A stretch of 64,000 nt of DNA from an uncultured Prevotellaceae bacterium (GCA_902771445.1 CACXXD010000067.1:3278-67277), one strand, 5' to 3'. Positions 20,383-31,116 are shown, counted from the first letter of the stretch. The notes: generated by a model not told the origin, from the sequence alone. Program-made: numbers and translations.

Positions 20383-20791
20383 TTATTTTTATTATTATTA
20401 GTTTCTTATCTCGCTCATTCTTTAATCGCCTATTTATAGTTTTTTTAAGCTGCTTTCATTTTATTTTGCAAAGATACACGTTTTTTTTCAAATAAGGCCC
20501 TACACGCACATTAATTTATATACAATTCTGTGTAATTTGTAGATTTTTGCAAATTCTGAAACGATTTTTACGATTTTGAGAGTCGTTTCGTCAATTTTTT
20601 CAGATTTCTATCACACTTTTTCCGATAAATGACACACCACTCTATTGTGCTGGGAAAAAGTCATTTAGTATAAACAGCAGTAGCTAATTATATAATCCGC
20701 AACTGCTGCCAAATACTTCAATGGAATTTATGCTTGATTAATTACAATTCGCCCATGCATTCATGTTATGCTTGCATGGGCGAACCTGTTA

Positions 20792-20990
20792 CTATTTGTT
20801 ATTCAGACTATATGCTGCACATCTTTTAGCGACATTTTCCTTTATATTATTAAAGTACAAGGTATAATCCTGTTCGTGGAAGCTCTCAGGACCAAAGCCC
20901 AGCCCCCAGACTGTCATCTATAGGCTCAACCACAGTAGTCGTCGTTACGACCAACAATTTCTGTTCTTTCTCAACAATAACAGAGTTGTT
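20792..20990 (-). pseudogene. Frameshifted 3' remnant of a probable DUF3089-type alpha/beta hydrolase
   Basis: Manual translation VIVEKEQKLLVVTTTTVVEPIDDSL / GLGFGPESFHEQDYTLYFNNIKENVAKRCAAYSLNNK*, with a frameshift in a G5 run; followed by a terminator-like hairpin at 20748-20785. Family call is from memory. Confidence 0.45.
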
Positions 20991-21023
20991 ACGCGAGATC
21001 ACTCCAAATTATACTAATCGTTA

Positions 21024-21072
21024 AAAAAATAACTTGGGACGATTTGAAATCGCAGGCCCCAAGTTATTTTTA
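21024..21072. terminator. Intrinsic terminator after carboxylesterase
   Basis: AAAAATAACTTGGG...CCCAAGTTATTTTT; a homologous hairpin lies at about 46732-46780. Confidence 0.65.
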
Positions 21073-21098
21073 CTGTTACTAAGTAAGCTGTCCTTTTG

Positions 21099-22688
21099 CT
21101 AAATAGTATAATACTTGGTCAGGGGATAGGTTCTCTCCCAGTCAACAATCTTCAAGTCTGACTCCTTAGCCGGATGGACGTCGAACTCCTCAAGAACCAA
21201 CACCTGCTTGCGCTCAGTGTCGTAGAGCGGCCACTCCACTGCCTTGCCACTGGGAGAATCCTCAGCGGTAAGCGACGGATTGCCAGTCTTGGCAAACTGT
21301 GCCCACATCTTGCGTAGGGTCTTTGCAAAGGTCTCGTCGAGATACCTTCCTGTGAAGCAGGTGTCTTCGGGGTGCTTGAAGATGGTGGATACCTCTATTG
21401 CATGGCCAGCCTTGATGATGGGCAGCGACGACTCTGTTGTGAAGTAATAGGTGTAAGACTTGCCGCCAGCCTTGGCCTGCTCCTCTGCCAGTCTGATTTG
21501 CGGAGCAACGAACAGCAACTGACTAAACAGACAGCTGTAGGGTTCGTAGATGTCACCCTTCACGTCAGCCAGATAGCTCTTGGCTAATGCCTTCTCTTCA
21601 TCGGTGTACTTGGCAAAGTTCTCCTCCAGGCGCTGCTTGCCCCACTCAGTGAAGTTCTCCGCTCCGAAGGGAGCCACGAAGGTATTGAACTCGTCCTTGT
21701 TGCAGCCGTGAAGGAACACGATGTCTTTCGCTGCACCATTTGCGTATGCCTGCCACGTATCCAGCGGCAGGATTCTTCCGTCTCGCTCAGGTAAGGTGCG
21801 CATGCCCAGCACCTGAAACAGTCCGAACAAGCGGCCATACGCCTCTATGATCTGCTCGGCGCTCAACTTCTGCAGGTCGGCCACGGTCTTGCAGTCCAGC
21901 ACCTTCATCACATCGTTGGTGATACGAATAGCCTGTTCTGCCGACCTCGTCTGAGTGGGAGTGCCACTCTGCGCAATGACTCGCTTGAAATACTTTTGTG
22001 AACCCTCGACCAGCGGAAGCAGCGTACAGCCGCCCGCACCTGCCGACTCTCCCCAGATGGTCACGTTGTCAGGGTCACCGCCGAAGGCAGCAATGTTCTC
22101 ATGCACCCATTTGAGTGCCATCATCTGGTCCAGAATGCCCAGGTTCTGCGCATCGGGGTAGTCCTTGCCATCGGTCAGGTGGGACAGATGGAAGAAGCCG
22201 AGCACACCGATTCGGTAGCCCACGGTGACGACAATGACATCGGGATTCTCCTCAACGAAGTTGTGGCACTCGTAGTTCGGATCGGCCGTACCGCCTGTCT
22301 CAAATGCACCGCCGTAAATCCACACCATGACGGGCTTCTTTGTCATAGCCGCATCGTCAGCCTTCCATACATTCAGGTACAGGCAGTCCTCACCCAGATA
22401 ATAAAGGGATGAGACATCGCCCTCTGCCTGGGGGCAGTTCTTCGCAATGTAGTAAGCCTCATAGACGCCATCGTTCGGAGCATACTGCACGGGGGCTTTC
22501 CAACGATACTGGCCCACGGGCTGCTCGCCCACAAAGGGAATGCCTTTGTAGGCAATGATGTTGTCGGTCTTACGGCCAACAAAAGTACCGTTCACACACT
22601 TCACGGCCAGCGACGAATCGTAACGACCGTCGGTAATCTGCTTGTTCTCGCCGTACTGAGCTTTCACTTGTCTCTCTAACTCGTCCAT
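21099..22688 (-). CDS. Carboxylesterase type B family protein
   Basis: EDCLYLNVW, WIYGGAF, FGGDPDNVTIWGESAG, catalytic His in AGHAIE. Confidence 0.92.
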   Translation of the reverse strand: MDELERQVKAQYGENKQITDGRYDSSLAVKCVNGTFVGRKTDNIIAYKGIPFVGEQPVGQYRWKAPVQYAPNDGVYEAYYIAKNCPQAEGDVSSLYYLGEDCLYLNVWKADDAAMTKKPVMVWIYGGAFETGGTADPNYECHNFVEENPDVIVVTVGYRIGVLGFFHLSHLTDGKDYPDAQNLGILDQMMALKWVHENIAAFGGDPDNVTIWGESAGAGGCTLLPLVEGSQKYFKRVIAQSGTPTQTRSAEQAIRITNDVMKVLDCKTVADLQKLSAEQIIEAYGRLFGLFQVLGMRTLPERDGRILPLDTWQAYANGAAKDIVFLHGCNKDEFNTFVAPFGAENFTEWGKQRLEENFAKYTDEEKALAKSYLADVKGDIYEPYSCLFSQLLFVAPQIRLAEEQAKAGGKSYTYYFTTESSLPIIKAGHAIEVSTIFKHPEDTCFTGRYLDETFAKTLRKMWAQFAKTGNPSLTAEDSPSGKAVEWPLYDTERKQVLVLEEFDVHPAKESDLKIVDWERTYPLTKYYTI

Positions 22689-22725
22689 AATATTGTCTGT
22701 TTTTTTAGTGATTCAAAAGGTTTTA

Positions 22726-23125
22726 TCAAAGGGCATAATAATTGGTTAGGAAATAGGTTCTCTCCCAGTCCACGATTTTCACATCGGCCTCCTTAGCCGG
22801 ATGAATGTCGTACTCGTCGAGCACCATCAATGGAGCCTACCTCAAAGTCGGGATTGCCAATGGCACTCTTCGCATTGAAATAAGCCTCATACACGCCATC
22901 GTCAGGGGTTACATCTACAGGTGCTTTCCAGCGCAGTTCACCAACGGGCTGCTTGCCGACGTATGGAATGCCCCTAAAGATAATGATATTCTCCTTTTTC
23001 TTGCCAACAAAAGTTCCGTTGACGCACTTGACTGCCAGCGACTGATCATAATTACCATCGGTAATCGGCTTGTTCTCGCCGCCATACATGGCCTTCAATG
23101 CCTCTCTGATCTCTTGTAAATCCAT
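22726..23125 (-). pseudogene. Carboxylesterase paralog with large internal deletion
   Basis: About 100 N-terminal aa match the neighbouring esterases, then join out of frame near 22830 to the C-terminal MVLDEYDIHPAKEADVKIVDWERTYFLTNYYAL*. The catalytic core is missing. Confidence 0.85.
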
Positions 23126-23325
23126 AGTTTATTCGTTTTAGTTATTAAAGATATGATTTGTTATTTGAGAGTCGCTTATTGTGCAAAAGTAGACAATTCC
23201 TCTTGAAATCACAACAAACAAGACCATAAATCAAGTAAAATTTGATAATTCAGGAACGAATCTTACGATTCAGTAAGTTCGTAGTACAAATTTGGTAACG
23301 CAAAAGCAACAAAAATGCCATACTG

Positions 23326-24408
23326 CTACTCCGCAACATTACGCATCCACTCTGTCATGGTCATTCCCATCATCTTCTTGAAGGCAACACTAAACGTATT
23401 GTAACTGCGGAAGCCACTCTGGAAAGCCAGTTGCTGGGCGGTAACCGACTGATGGGTTGCAGTGGTTTCGCGGTAGAGGTTGACAAAGTGATGGATACGC
23501 AGACTATTGACGTAGGTATTGTAAGTCATGCCTTGATTGGAGAAATACTGACTGAGATAGAGGCGGTTAGTCCCGATAGCTTTAGCAAGCTGAGACAGGG
23601 TGAGATCATGCTGCAGATAGAGTTGCGGTTCCTCGCAATACGTCTTCAGCAATGGCCCGATATTGTTGCGAATGGATAGAGGGAGCTGAGGTTCTTCTTC
23701 CGCATCATTAACATGAATGCTAAGGTCGCTCAATGTTTCCACACGCCAAAGGAGATAGCAGATGAGCACGATGCTGATAGCCAGCATGGCATACAGATAA
23801 GCCATGCCTTCGTTGCAAATCTCATAGAAGACGAACACCAGCAGCATGATGGCCAGCACCATGAAACTTTGCACCACCTCCTTGTGCTCCAGGTCGGCAT
23901 AGTTGTCGCGCAGCCAGCGACCATATCGCCTTGTCTCGCGTACCATATATATAATTAAGCCAATGCCCAACAACTGGATATAGACATACATCACTGGGTA
24001 AAGGGCAGCACTGCGACGGACAATGCTAGCCGCCATTCCGACAACAATGGGTGCTGTCATCACGGCAATGGGCCACAACGGTCGTCTGCGGTCTTGTAGC
24101 ATGGCGAACATGACGGCTATCGACAAGGGGAAAACCGTCATGCTGTCAAGCATTCCGCATATCAGCTCAGTCAACAAAATGTCATCGGCAGAGGTAAGGA
24201 AGAATAACGGCATATACCACACATGAACCAGAGCAATGGAAACAAAGAGCATTGCTGTCCAGCGGCGCAAACGCACTGGCGGCATGATGTCAGGGGCAAA
24301 GGCATTGCCCCGACGGAACAGCAGATAGCAACTTGCCAATATGGCCATAGCAGTCACTACTGCATAAAGCATAATAAAGAAAATATCTTCCCTGGCCTGT
24401 TCGTACAT
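23326..24408 (-). CDS. Membrane-anchored AraC-family transcriptional regulator
   Basis: About 7 TM segments, then LYLQHDLTLSQLAKAIGTNRLYLS...SGFRSYNTFSVAFKK HTH. Confidence 0.9.
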   Translation of the reverse strand: MYEQAREDIFFIMLYAVVTAMAILASCYLLFRRGNAFAPDIMPPVRLRRWTAMLFVSIALVHVWYMPLFFLTSADDILLTELICGMLDSMTVFPLSIAVMFAMLQDRRRPLWPIAVMTAPIVVGMAASIVRRSAALYPVMYVYIQLLGIGLIIYMVRETRRYGRWLRDNYADLEHKEVVQSFMVLAIMLLVFVFYEICNEGMAYLYAMLAISIVLICYLLWRVETLSDLSIHVNDAEEEPQLPLSIRNNIGPLLKTYCEEPQLYLQHDLTLSQLAKAIGTNRLYLSQYFSNQGMTYNTYVNSLRIHHFVNLYRETTATHQSVTAQQLAFQSGFRSYNTFSVAFKKMMGMTMTEWMRNVAE

Positions 24409-24550
24409 GGCTGACTAATATTTTCGGACTTCATCGTCCATCATCCTCACAATCTCAGACAAAAGTAATCAATTTCCACTAAACCACCAAATATTTCAAT
24501 GCAATTTATGCTTGATTACATAGCCATAGAGTCTATATGCAAAAAAAGAA

Positions 24551-24585
24551 ATCGGCCATGCAGACAACTGTTTGCATGGCCGAAT
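24551..24585. terminator. Terminator after amidohydrolase
   Basis: TCGGCCATGCA...TGCATGGCCGA with an A-run on the + strand (U-run on the - strand). Confidence 0.6.
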
Positions 24586-24600
24586 CTGCTCATTCAGATA

Positions 24601-26271
24601 TCAATTCATTTTCTTTCCACAGAAATACACATCCTGCGGCTTGTTGTAGCTGAAGCCTGTGTGCTCAGCCGTAAGCAAGTCCTTGTCGAACACGAGGAAG
24701 TCGGCATCCTTTCCAACGGCGATAGAACCCTTGGCTGCCTCGATGCCAAGTTGTTTGGCACCGTTGATAGTATATCCAAGGATCATTTCTTCAATGTTCA
24801 TTCTCTCACTTTCAGGAGGGAATGGGGTGACGGTTCTTCCCACTTCATCGAATCTGGTATTCTCATTAATCCAGCGTGTCATTCCGACCTCCATGGCTAA
24901 GTAGGGACTCCAGTTCTTAAAATCACCGTAAAAGACCTCATCGCTGGACCAGGTTACGAGGGCTCCGCTGTCCCAAAGCGTCTTGCAGCGGTACATCTTG
25001 TTTGCTCGTTCCTCGCCCATCAAAGCGGTATAGAGATTGATAGGTTTGCCACCTATGTTACCGCTGTGCCACCACGGAGTGAAATTAGCTGTTACGCCAA
25101 GTTTTGCAAAACGAGCCAAATCTGCATCGTCCTGGATCCACAGATGAGCACAGGTGACCTTCACATGGTATTGGTCGCCCAGTTCCTTTCTGGCCAGCTC
25201 CACACCGTCCAATATCACACGGGATGCTGCATCGCCAACGGTGTGTACGTGAAGATCCAGTCCAACCTCATTGAGCTCTTTCAAGATTCCGGCTATCTGC
25301 TCAGCATTGAAGGCGGAAGCTCCCAACACACTGGTGCCCTCATAGGGCGTGACCATTGCCGCGGTCTCAATCTTCATTGTGCCGTCCATAAAAATCTTCA
25401 GCGTGTGTACCTTCATGTGCTCCGTATTGAACTCACGATTGAAGCGCTTCACACCCTCCATGGCCTCCTTCAATTTCGCTGGTTGTGTGAGCACATAGCA
25501 TCCATCGACATAGACTGGCAGTTTGCCCTGTCTGTCAAAATTGCGTAATTGCGTGTAGATACGCTCTTGGATATCATTGTGTTCTGGGAACCCGGCATCA
25601 AAAACTGCACTTACACCATATTCTCTACTGAAGTCGATCCAGCGAGAGAGTGCTGTTCTGATTTGTTCATCGGTCAGGTTTTTCCTTAATTCATCGAAAA
25701 GGAATGGCCAGCTCGCGGTCTCGTAAGACTCTCCTGTCAGATGCCCATCTTTTCGCACAAAATAAGCGAGCTCTGGCACGGGATCTGGCGTTTCATCGGT
25801 AATTCCGTGTGCCGCGAGAACCTTGGAGTTCACCCAGTTGCTGTGACAGCCTATCTCCAAAACGACGACTTCTTTGTCCTGACAGATTGCATCAAGGCAT
25901 TCCTTTGTAATGTTGTCACCATTCAAGGCAGATTTCTCCAGCGCGAATCTATAACGCTTCTGACCAGGATTCTTCTGAATATAATCTGCCATAAAATCCA
26001 TGCATTCCTGTTTGGTGGGACACAGCACGAGCACACCCAAGTCTGTGTATTCAAATCCTGTGCCGGTGGTTACATGGACATGGCTGTCGATAATCCCAGG
26101 CATGATGAACTTGCCGCCCAAGTCAGTTACTGCACCTTCGTAGGCAGAAAGCCCCGCCTCATCGCCTACATAGACGAACTTTCCATCCTTCACAACCAGT
26201 GCTGTCGACTGCGGGTTGGCCTTGTCAGCTGTGAAGATTTTTGCGTTTTTTATAATCTGATCTGCTTTCAT
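24601..26271 (-). CDS. Amidohydrolase 3 family protein
   Basis: PGIIDSHVH, KIFMDG, HVHTVGD, SSDE, GSIAVGKDADF. Confidence 0.9.
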   Translation of the reverse strand: MKADQIIKNAKIFTADKANPQSTALVVKDGKFVYVGDEAGLSAYEGAVTDLGGKFIMPGIIDSHVHVTTGTGFEYTDLGVLVLCPTKQECMDFMADYIQKNPGQKRYRFALEKSALNGDNITKECLDAICQDKEVVVLEIGCHSNWVNSKVLAAHGITDETPDPVPELAYFVRKDGHLTGESYETASWPFLFDELRKNLTDEQIRTALSRWIDFSREYGVSAVFDAGFPEHNDIQERIYTQLRNFDRQGKLPVYVDGCYVLTQPAKLKEAMEGVKRFNREFNTEHMKVHTLKIFMDGTMKIETAAMVTPYEGTSVLGASAFNAEQIAGILKELNEVGLDLHVHTVGDAASRVILDGVELARKELGDQYHVKVTCAHLWIQDDADLARFAKLGVTANFTPWWHSGNIGGKPINLYTALMGEERANKMYRCKTLWDSGALVTWSSDEVFYGDFKNWSPYLAMEVGMTRWINENTRFDEVGRTVTPFPPESERMNIEEMILGYTINGAKQLGIEAAKGSIAVGKDADFLVFDKDLLTAEHTGFSYNKPQDVYFCGKKMN

Positions 26272-26295
26272 CTTTGTTTCGTTTTTTGGGTGTTA

Positions 26296-27981
26296 TTAAT
26301 TGCAATAAAGCTTGGTCAGGAAATAGGTGTTGTCCCAGTCCACCATCTTCACATCGGCCTCCTTAGCCGAATGGATGTTGAACTCGTCGAAGACCATTAT
26401 CTGCTTGTCTGTCAGGTCGTAGAGCGGCCACACCTTTTCCTTGCCGTCGGGTGAGATTTCGGCACTGAGCGAAGGATTGCCAGTCTTGGCAAACTGCACC
26501 CACATCTTGCGCAAAGTCTTGCTGAAGGTCTCATCGATTGGTCTTCCCGTGAAGCCAGTCATTTCTGGATGGTTGAAGACCACCGACAGTTCCGACGCAT
26601 GTCCGCTCTTCACCATTGGCAAAATGGACTCAGGTGTATAGAAATAGGTATAGATTTTACCGCCGGCCTTAGCCTGATTCTCCGACATTCTGATGGCCGG
26701 AGCATTGAAATAGCTCTGGCTGAACATGCTGCAGGTCTTCTCCCATTCTTCGCCCGGTGCGCTGCTAATGTAGCTCTCCACCTTCGCATTCTCCTCAGCT
26801 GTCAGCAGTTTGGCTCTCTTCGCCATGCGGTCGGCGGCCCACATATTCCATCCGTCCACACCAAGCGCGGCAGCAAAGGTGTTGAACTCATCCTTTGTGC
26901 AGCCTGCCAGGATTTCAATATCTTTTGCCTTGCCGTCTGCGTATGCCTGCCAGCCATCCTTGGGCAGCAGCTTGCCGTCTCTTTCCGGCCAGATGCTCCA
27001 TCCCAGCACTTGATAGATGCCAAATAACTCGCCCACCTTGTCTGCCAGCTTTCTGGGCTCAACTTTCTGTAGGTCGGCAACGGTCTTGCAGTTGAGTGCA
27101 GCCATAATCTTGTCGGTGACAGCAATGGCCTCCTCGGTAGATCTTGTCATGACAGGCGATCCGCTTTGTACAATAGCACGCTTGAAATACTTATGTGCTT
27201 CATCAATCAACGAAAGCAGTGCGCAGCTTGAACCACCGGCAGACTCGCCCCAGATGGTCACGTTGTCGGGATCGCCACCAAAGGCAGCAATGTTGTTATG
27301 CACCCACTTCAGGGCCATCAGCTGGTCCAAAGTTCCCAGGTTCTGTGCGTCGGGATAATCCTTGCCGTCAGACAGGTGAGACAGATGCAGGAAGCCGTAG
27401 GCAGCAAGTCGGTAGGTGATGGTGACAAAGATAACGTCAGGATTCTCCTTCACGAGGTTTTGGCAATCATACTGCGGGTCGGTGGTTCCGCCCACCTCGA
27501 AGCCACCGCCATAAATCCACACCATGACGGGTTTCTTCTGGGCTGTTGCTTCATCAGCCTTCCACACGTTCAGGTACAGGCAGTTCTCGCTCTGTCCATA
27601 TTGACCTGCGGGGTCGCCCGGTGCCTGATAGGGGGCTTTGCCATAGTTATATGCTTCGTAGATGCCGTCGTTCGGAGTAACATCTACCGGAGCCTTCCAG
27701 CGCAAGTTGCCAACAGGCTGCTGGCCAACAAACGGGATGCCCTTGAAGGCAATGACATTCTCGGTCTTCTTGCCCACGAAGGTTCCGTTGACGCACTTGA
27801 CCGCGAGTGCCTTATCGTATTTTCCGTCCGTGATCTTCTTGTTCATGGCATCTGGATCTTCCGACGTTTCCTCAGGTTTTACAACTTCCTCAGGTTGAGA
27901 TTCTGCGTCCTTACACGAAGTGAGCACCGTTGTTGCACCGCAAATAAGGATGGCGGCAAACATCCATAGTTTCTTTTTCAT
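26296..27981 (-). CDS. Carboxylesterase type B lipoprotein
   Basis: Lipobox VLTSC; ENCLYLNVW, GESAG, SGHASE; paralog of 21099-22688. Confidence 0.92.
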   Translation of the reverse strand: MKKKLWMFAAILICGATTVLTSCKDAESQPEEVVKPEETSEDPDAMNKKITDGKYDKALAVKCVNGTFVGKKTENVIAFKGIPFVGQQPVGNLRWKAPVDVTPNDGIYEAYNYGKAPYQAPGDPAGQYGQSENCLYLNVWKADEATAQKKPVMVWIYGGGFEVGGTTDPQYDCQNLVKENPDVIFVTITYRLAAYGFLHLSHLSDGKDYPDAQNLGTLDQLMALKWVHNNIAAFGGDPDNVTIWGESAGGSSCALLSLIDEAHKYFKRAIVQSGSPVMTRSTEEAIAVTDKIMAALNCKTVADLQKVEPRKLADKVGELFGIYQVLGWSIWPERDGKLLPKDGWQAYADGKAKDIEILAGCTKDEFNTFAAALGVDGWNMWAADRMAKRAKLLTAEENAKVESYISSAPGEEWEKTCSMFSQSYFNAPAIRMSENQAKAGGKIYTYFYTPESILPMVKSGHASELSVVFNHPEMTGFTGRPIDETFSKTLRKMWVQFAKTGNPSLSAEISPDGKEKVWPLYDLTDKQIMVFDEFNIHSAKEADVKMVDWDNTYFLTKLYCN

Positions 27982-28163
27982 TTACATTATTGTTTTGGGG
28001 TTAATACTTACAAAAAAATTTAAACGAGACACACACCATATTGGCAAACATCTGTGTCTGCAAAGGTAAGCAAAATCTCCAAAATAACTATGTATTAGAT
28101 GTTTACACTTCTGGATTTGTAGATTTTAAAACGATTTCTGTATATTTTAAAAAACACAAGCCG

Positions 28164-29273
28164 TCAATTAATGGCAGAATCGCGCATCCATGCAGTCACG
28201 GTCTGTCCCATACGCTGCTTGAAAGCGAGCCCGAAAGTGCTGTAGCTCCGATAGCCGCTCTCGCTGGCCAGCTGCTGGGCTGTGAAGGGACGTTGCTCAG
28301 CGACAGCCTCGCGATAGAGACGAACAAAATGCTGGATGCGTAAATCATTGATGTAGGCATTGTAGGTAATACCTTCTTGTGCGAAATACGTACCCAAATA
28401 GGTGCGGTTGGTGCCGACGGCTTTAGCAAGCAGAACAAGGGTCAGGTCGTGCTGCAAATAGAGTTGCGTGTCTATGCAATTCTGTTGAAGCAATTGTCCA
28501 ATGTTTTCGTGAGTGGCAGGCGAAAGACCATCGACTTCCATATTTTCCATGTCACCAGCCGGAACGGTCAGAGTCTGGTGCTGGCTAAGGTCGCTCATCG
28601 TTTCAACCCGCCACAGAAGATAGCAGATAAATACGACGAGAATCGCTTGCATGGCATATTGGTAAACGGGGCCTTCGCCGGTACTTGCATAGATACCGAA
28701 CACCAAAAACATGATGGCCAGCACCAAGAAACTTTGCCACACCTCCTTATGCTCCAGATCGGCATAGTTGTCGCGCAGCCAGCGCCCATATTGCCGTACC
28801 GCTCGAACAAGATATATTATCAAGCCAATGCTCATCAACAGAGTATAGCCCCAGAATATCGGTAGAAGGACATGGCAATGGCTGACAATGTACAATGCCA
28901 TTATTGCTGCGATGGGGGCCATCATCAAGGCAACAGGCCACAGCGGTCGCCTGCGGTCTTGCAGCATGGCAAACAATACGATGATGATTGAAGGAAGAAA
29001 CGTCATACTGTCGAGCAACCCACCGACGAGATCGACCATCCTAACCTCATCGGACGAATCGAGGAAAAAGATTGGCATATACCAAACATGATTCAAAGCG
29101 AGGAACGCAAAGAACATGGCGGTCCCCCGACGCAGGCGCACTGGTGTAGTGATGTCTGGAGCTATGGCATTGGCCCTGCGGAACAGCAGATAGCAACTGG
29201 CCATCATAGCCATTGTCATCACTATTGTATAGAGCATGACAAAAAATATGTCTTCCCTGATTTGTTCGTACAT
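28164..29273 (-). CDS. Membrane-anchored AraC-family regulator (paralog of 23326-24408)
   Basis: Near-identical N-terminus MYEQ.REDIFF, WLRDNYADLEHKEV motif, AraC HTH. Confidence 0.9.
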   Translation of the reverse strand: MYEQIREDIFFVMLYTIVMTMAMMASCYLLFRRANAIAPDITTPVRLRRGTAMFFAFLALNHVWYMPIFFLDSSDEVRMVDLVGGLLDSMTFLPSIIIVLFAMLQDRRRPLWPVALMMAPIAAIMALYIVSHCHVLLPIFWGYTLLMSIGLIIYLVRAVRQYGRWLRDNYADLEHKEVWQSFLVLAIMFLVFGIYASTGEGPVYQYAMQAILVVFICYLLWRVETMSDLSQHQTLTVPAGDMENMEVDGLSPATHENIGQLLQQNCIDTQLYLQHDLTLVLLAKAVGTNRTYLGTYFAQEGITYNAYINDLRIQHFVRLYREAVAEQRPFTAQQLASESGYRSYSTFGLAFKQRMGQTVTAWMRDSAIN

Positions 29274-29380
29274 GACATAATGGTGTTAATAATGATTGCG
29301 CTTGAAACGCAGTGCAAAGGTACAAATAATAATTAAAAGAAGATAGATTATACTCATTTTCAAGCGGGAAAAAATGTAGT

Positions 29381-29792
29381 TTTGTCAAGATTATTCATAA
29401 AAAAAAGCACCTTCGGAAAGTGGCATTCTGGAAGCGAGGAACCGCAGTGCTCACGTCATGTCTTAGCGGCAGTTTTGAGATTGATATTGAATCAAAGTGG
29501 GTTTACAGCCATATCAAACTGCGTTACGTTCTGATTAAAGTAAGAACTCAGTTTGATATGCCTGCAAACCCACTTTGATTCAACACTAATCTCAGCGCGA
29601 AGTGCGCTTGGAGCTGTTCGAAAGACGAAGTCTCATGGAGAGGAACAGTTCTTTTTGCGAAGCAAAATTTTACAACACGCTGTAAATCAACAATATGCGT
29701 AACCCCTCTCAATACTCGCATATTTGCAAGCGACTTTCAGTTTGGTGAATTCCATGCGATTCTCAGAGGGGGTGTTGTCAAGAAAATACATA
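29381..29792 (-). repeat. Dispersed palindromic element, copy 2 (inverted)
   Basis: Arms at about 29485-29525 and 29545-29585 with a 19-nt loop; same end sites and sub-terminal IRs in reverse orientation. Confidence 0.9.
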
Positions 29793-29871
29793 ATTCAAGT
29801 GGAAGCGAAAAAGGAAGCAGAACGCAGAGATTGAGAGGACGCATAGAGGAATGTCAAAGACATTGTAAGTT

Positions 29872-31116
29872 TCACTGTACAGGACTGCCTGCGAGGAACA
29901 CCTGCTGAATGACGGGCGAGGTATAAGCGTAGGGCAGGAAATTGAGCGAACGCATGGGAGTGGTGATGAAAAAATTGGCAACCTTCCCTCTGGCAATCGA
30001 ACCGTAGTCGCTGCTCAGCCCCATTGCAGCCGCCGAATTGAGCGTGGCAGCGTGGAGCGCCTCTTCAGGCAACAAACGCATCTTGATGCAGGCCAACGAC
30101 ACCACAAACTTCATGTCGCCCGACGGAGTGGAACCTGGGTTGTAGTCGCTGGCAATGGCGAGCGGCAGACCAGCACTAATCATCTTACGCGCCGGAGCAA
30201 ACGGCATGTTCAGGAAGAACGACGTGCCTGGCAGGGCTGTAGGTATGCAAGGCGACTGCGAACAGGACTCACGTAGCAGGCTGATGTCACGATTGGTCAT
30301 GCTCTCCAGATGGTCTACACTCAAGGCACCGTTCTGAACGGCAACCTCTACCCCACCCGAGTCGGCCAACTCCTGACCATGAATTTTTCCACGCATGCCC
30401 CACTCCATGCCAGCCTTGAGCATCCGCGCCGTTTCGGCAGGCGTGAAGAAGCCTTCGTCGCAAAAGACGTCAATATAGTCGGCCAGTTGCTGTCTGCCCA
30501 CTTCGGGAATCATCTCGTTGACCACCAAGTCGACATAGTCGGCCTGTCGACCTGCGTAGGCACGGCCCACGGCATGGGCTCCGAGGAAAGTGGCAACAAC
30601 CTTGAGCGGAGCCGTATCCTTGATGCGCCGGATGACGCGGAGCATCTTCAGCTCGTCGTCGGTGTTCAGACCGTAGCCGCTCTTGATCTCTACGGCTCCC
30701 GTACCCTTGCGGATAATCTCGTTGATGCGCGTCATGGCCTGAAGATACAGCTCTTCTTCTGAGAGTTCGTGCAGACGGTCGGCAGAATTCAGAATGCCTC
30801 CGCCCCTGTGGGCTATCTCGGCATAGCTCAATCCACGAATCTTGTCGACAAACTCGTCTTCGCGGCTGTCGGCATAGACAAGATGGGTGTGACTGTCGCA
30901 GAAAGAGGGCAGCACCGTGCCGCCACAGGCATCAATCTCACGGCATGAGGGGATACTGACGGGCGAATTGCCCCAATCCTTGAACTTTCCGTCCTCGACG
31001 AGCAACCAAGCATGGTTGATGCACTCCATCTGTCGCATCTCGTCGCCACAAAGATATTTTTTGCGGTGGTTGTCGACCACCAGCGTCCCTATGTTTTTGA
31101 TTAGCAATGTTTCCAT
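29872..31116 (-). CDS. hutI: Imidazolonepropionase
   Basis: DSHTHLV, IAHRGGGILNS, EIKSGYGL, TFLGAHA, DVFCDEG, ASDYNPGS. Confidence 0.93.
   Translation of the reverse strand: METLLIKNIGTLVVDNHRKKYLCGDEMRQMECINHAWLLVEDGKFKDWGNSPVSIPSCREIDACGGTVLPSFCDSHTHLVYADSREDEFVDKIRGLSYAEIAHRGGGILNSADRLHELSEEELYLQAMTRINEIIRKGTGAVEIKSGYGLNTDDELKMLRVIRRIKDTAPLKVVATFLGAHAVGRAYAGRQADYVDLVVNEMIPEVGRQQLADYIDVFCDEGFFTPAETARMLKAGMEWGMRGKIHGQELADSGGVEVAVQNGALSVDHLESMTNRDISLLRESCSQSPCIPTALPGTSFFLNMPFAPARKMISAGLPLAIASDYNPGSTPSGDMKFVVSLACIKMRLLPEEALHAATLNSAAAMGLSSDYGSIARGKVANFFITTPMRSLNFLPYAYTSPVIQQVFLAGSPVQ

Noticed and set aside
29872-31116. hutI without hutH/U/G as a novel pathway
   Set aside because: The other hut genes may simply lie elsewhere; motifs are canonical.
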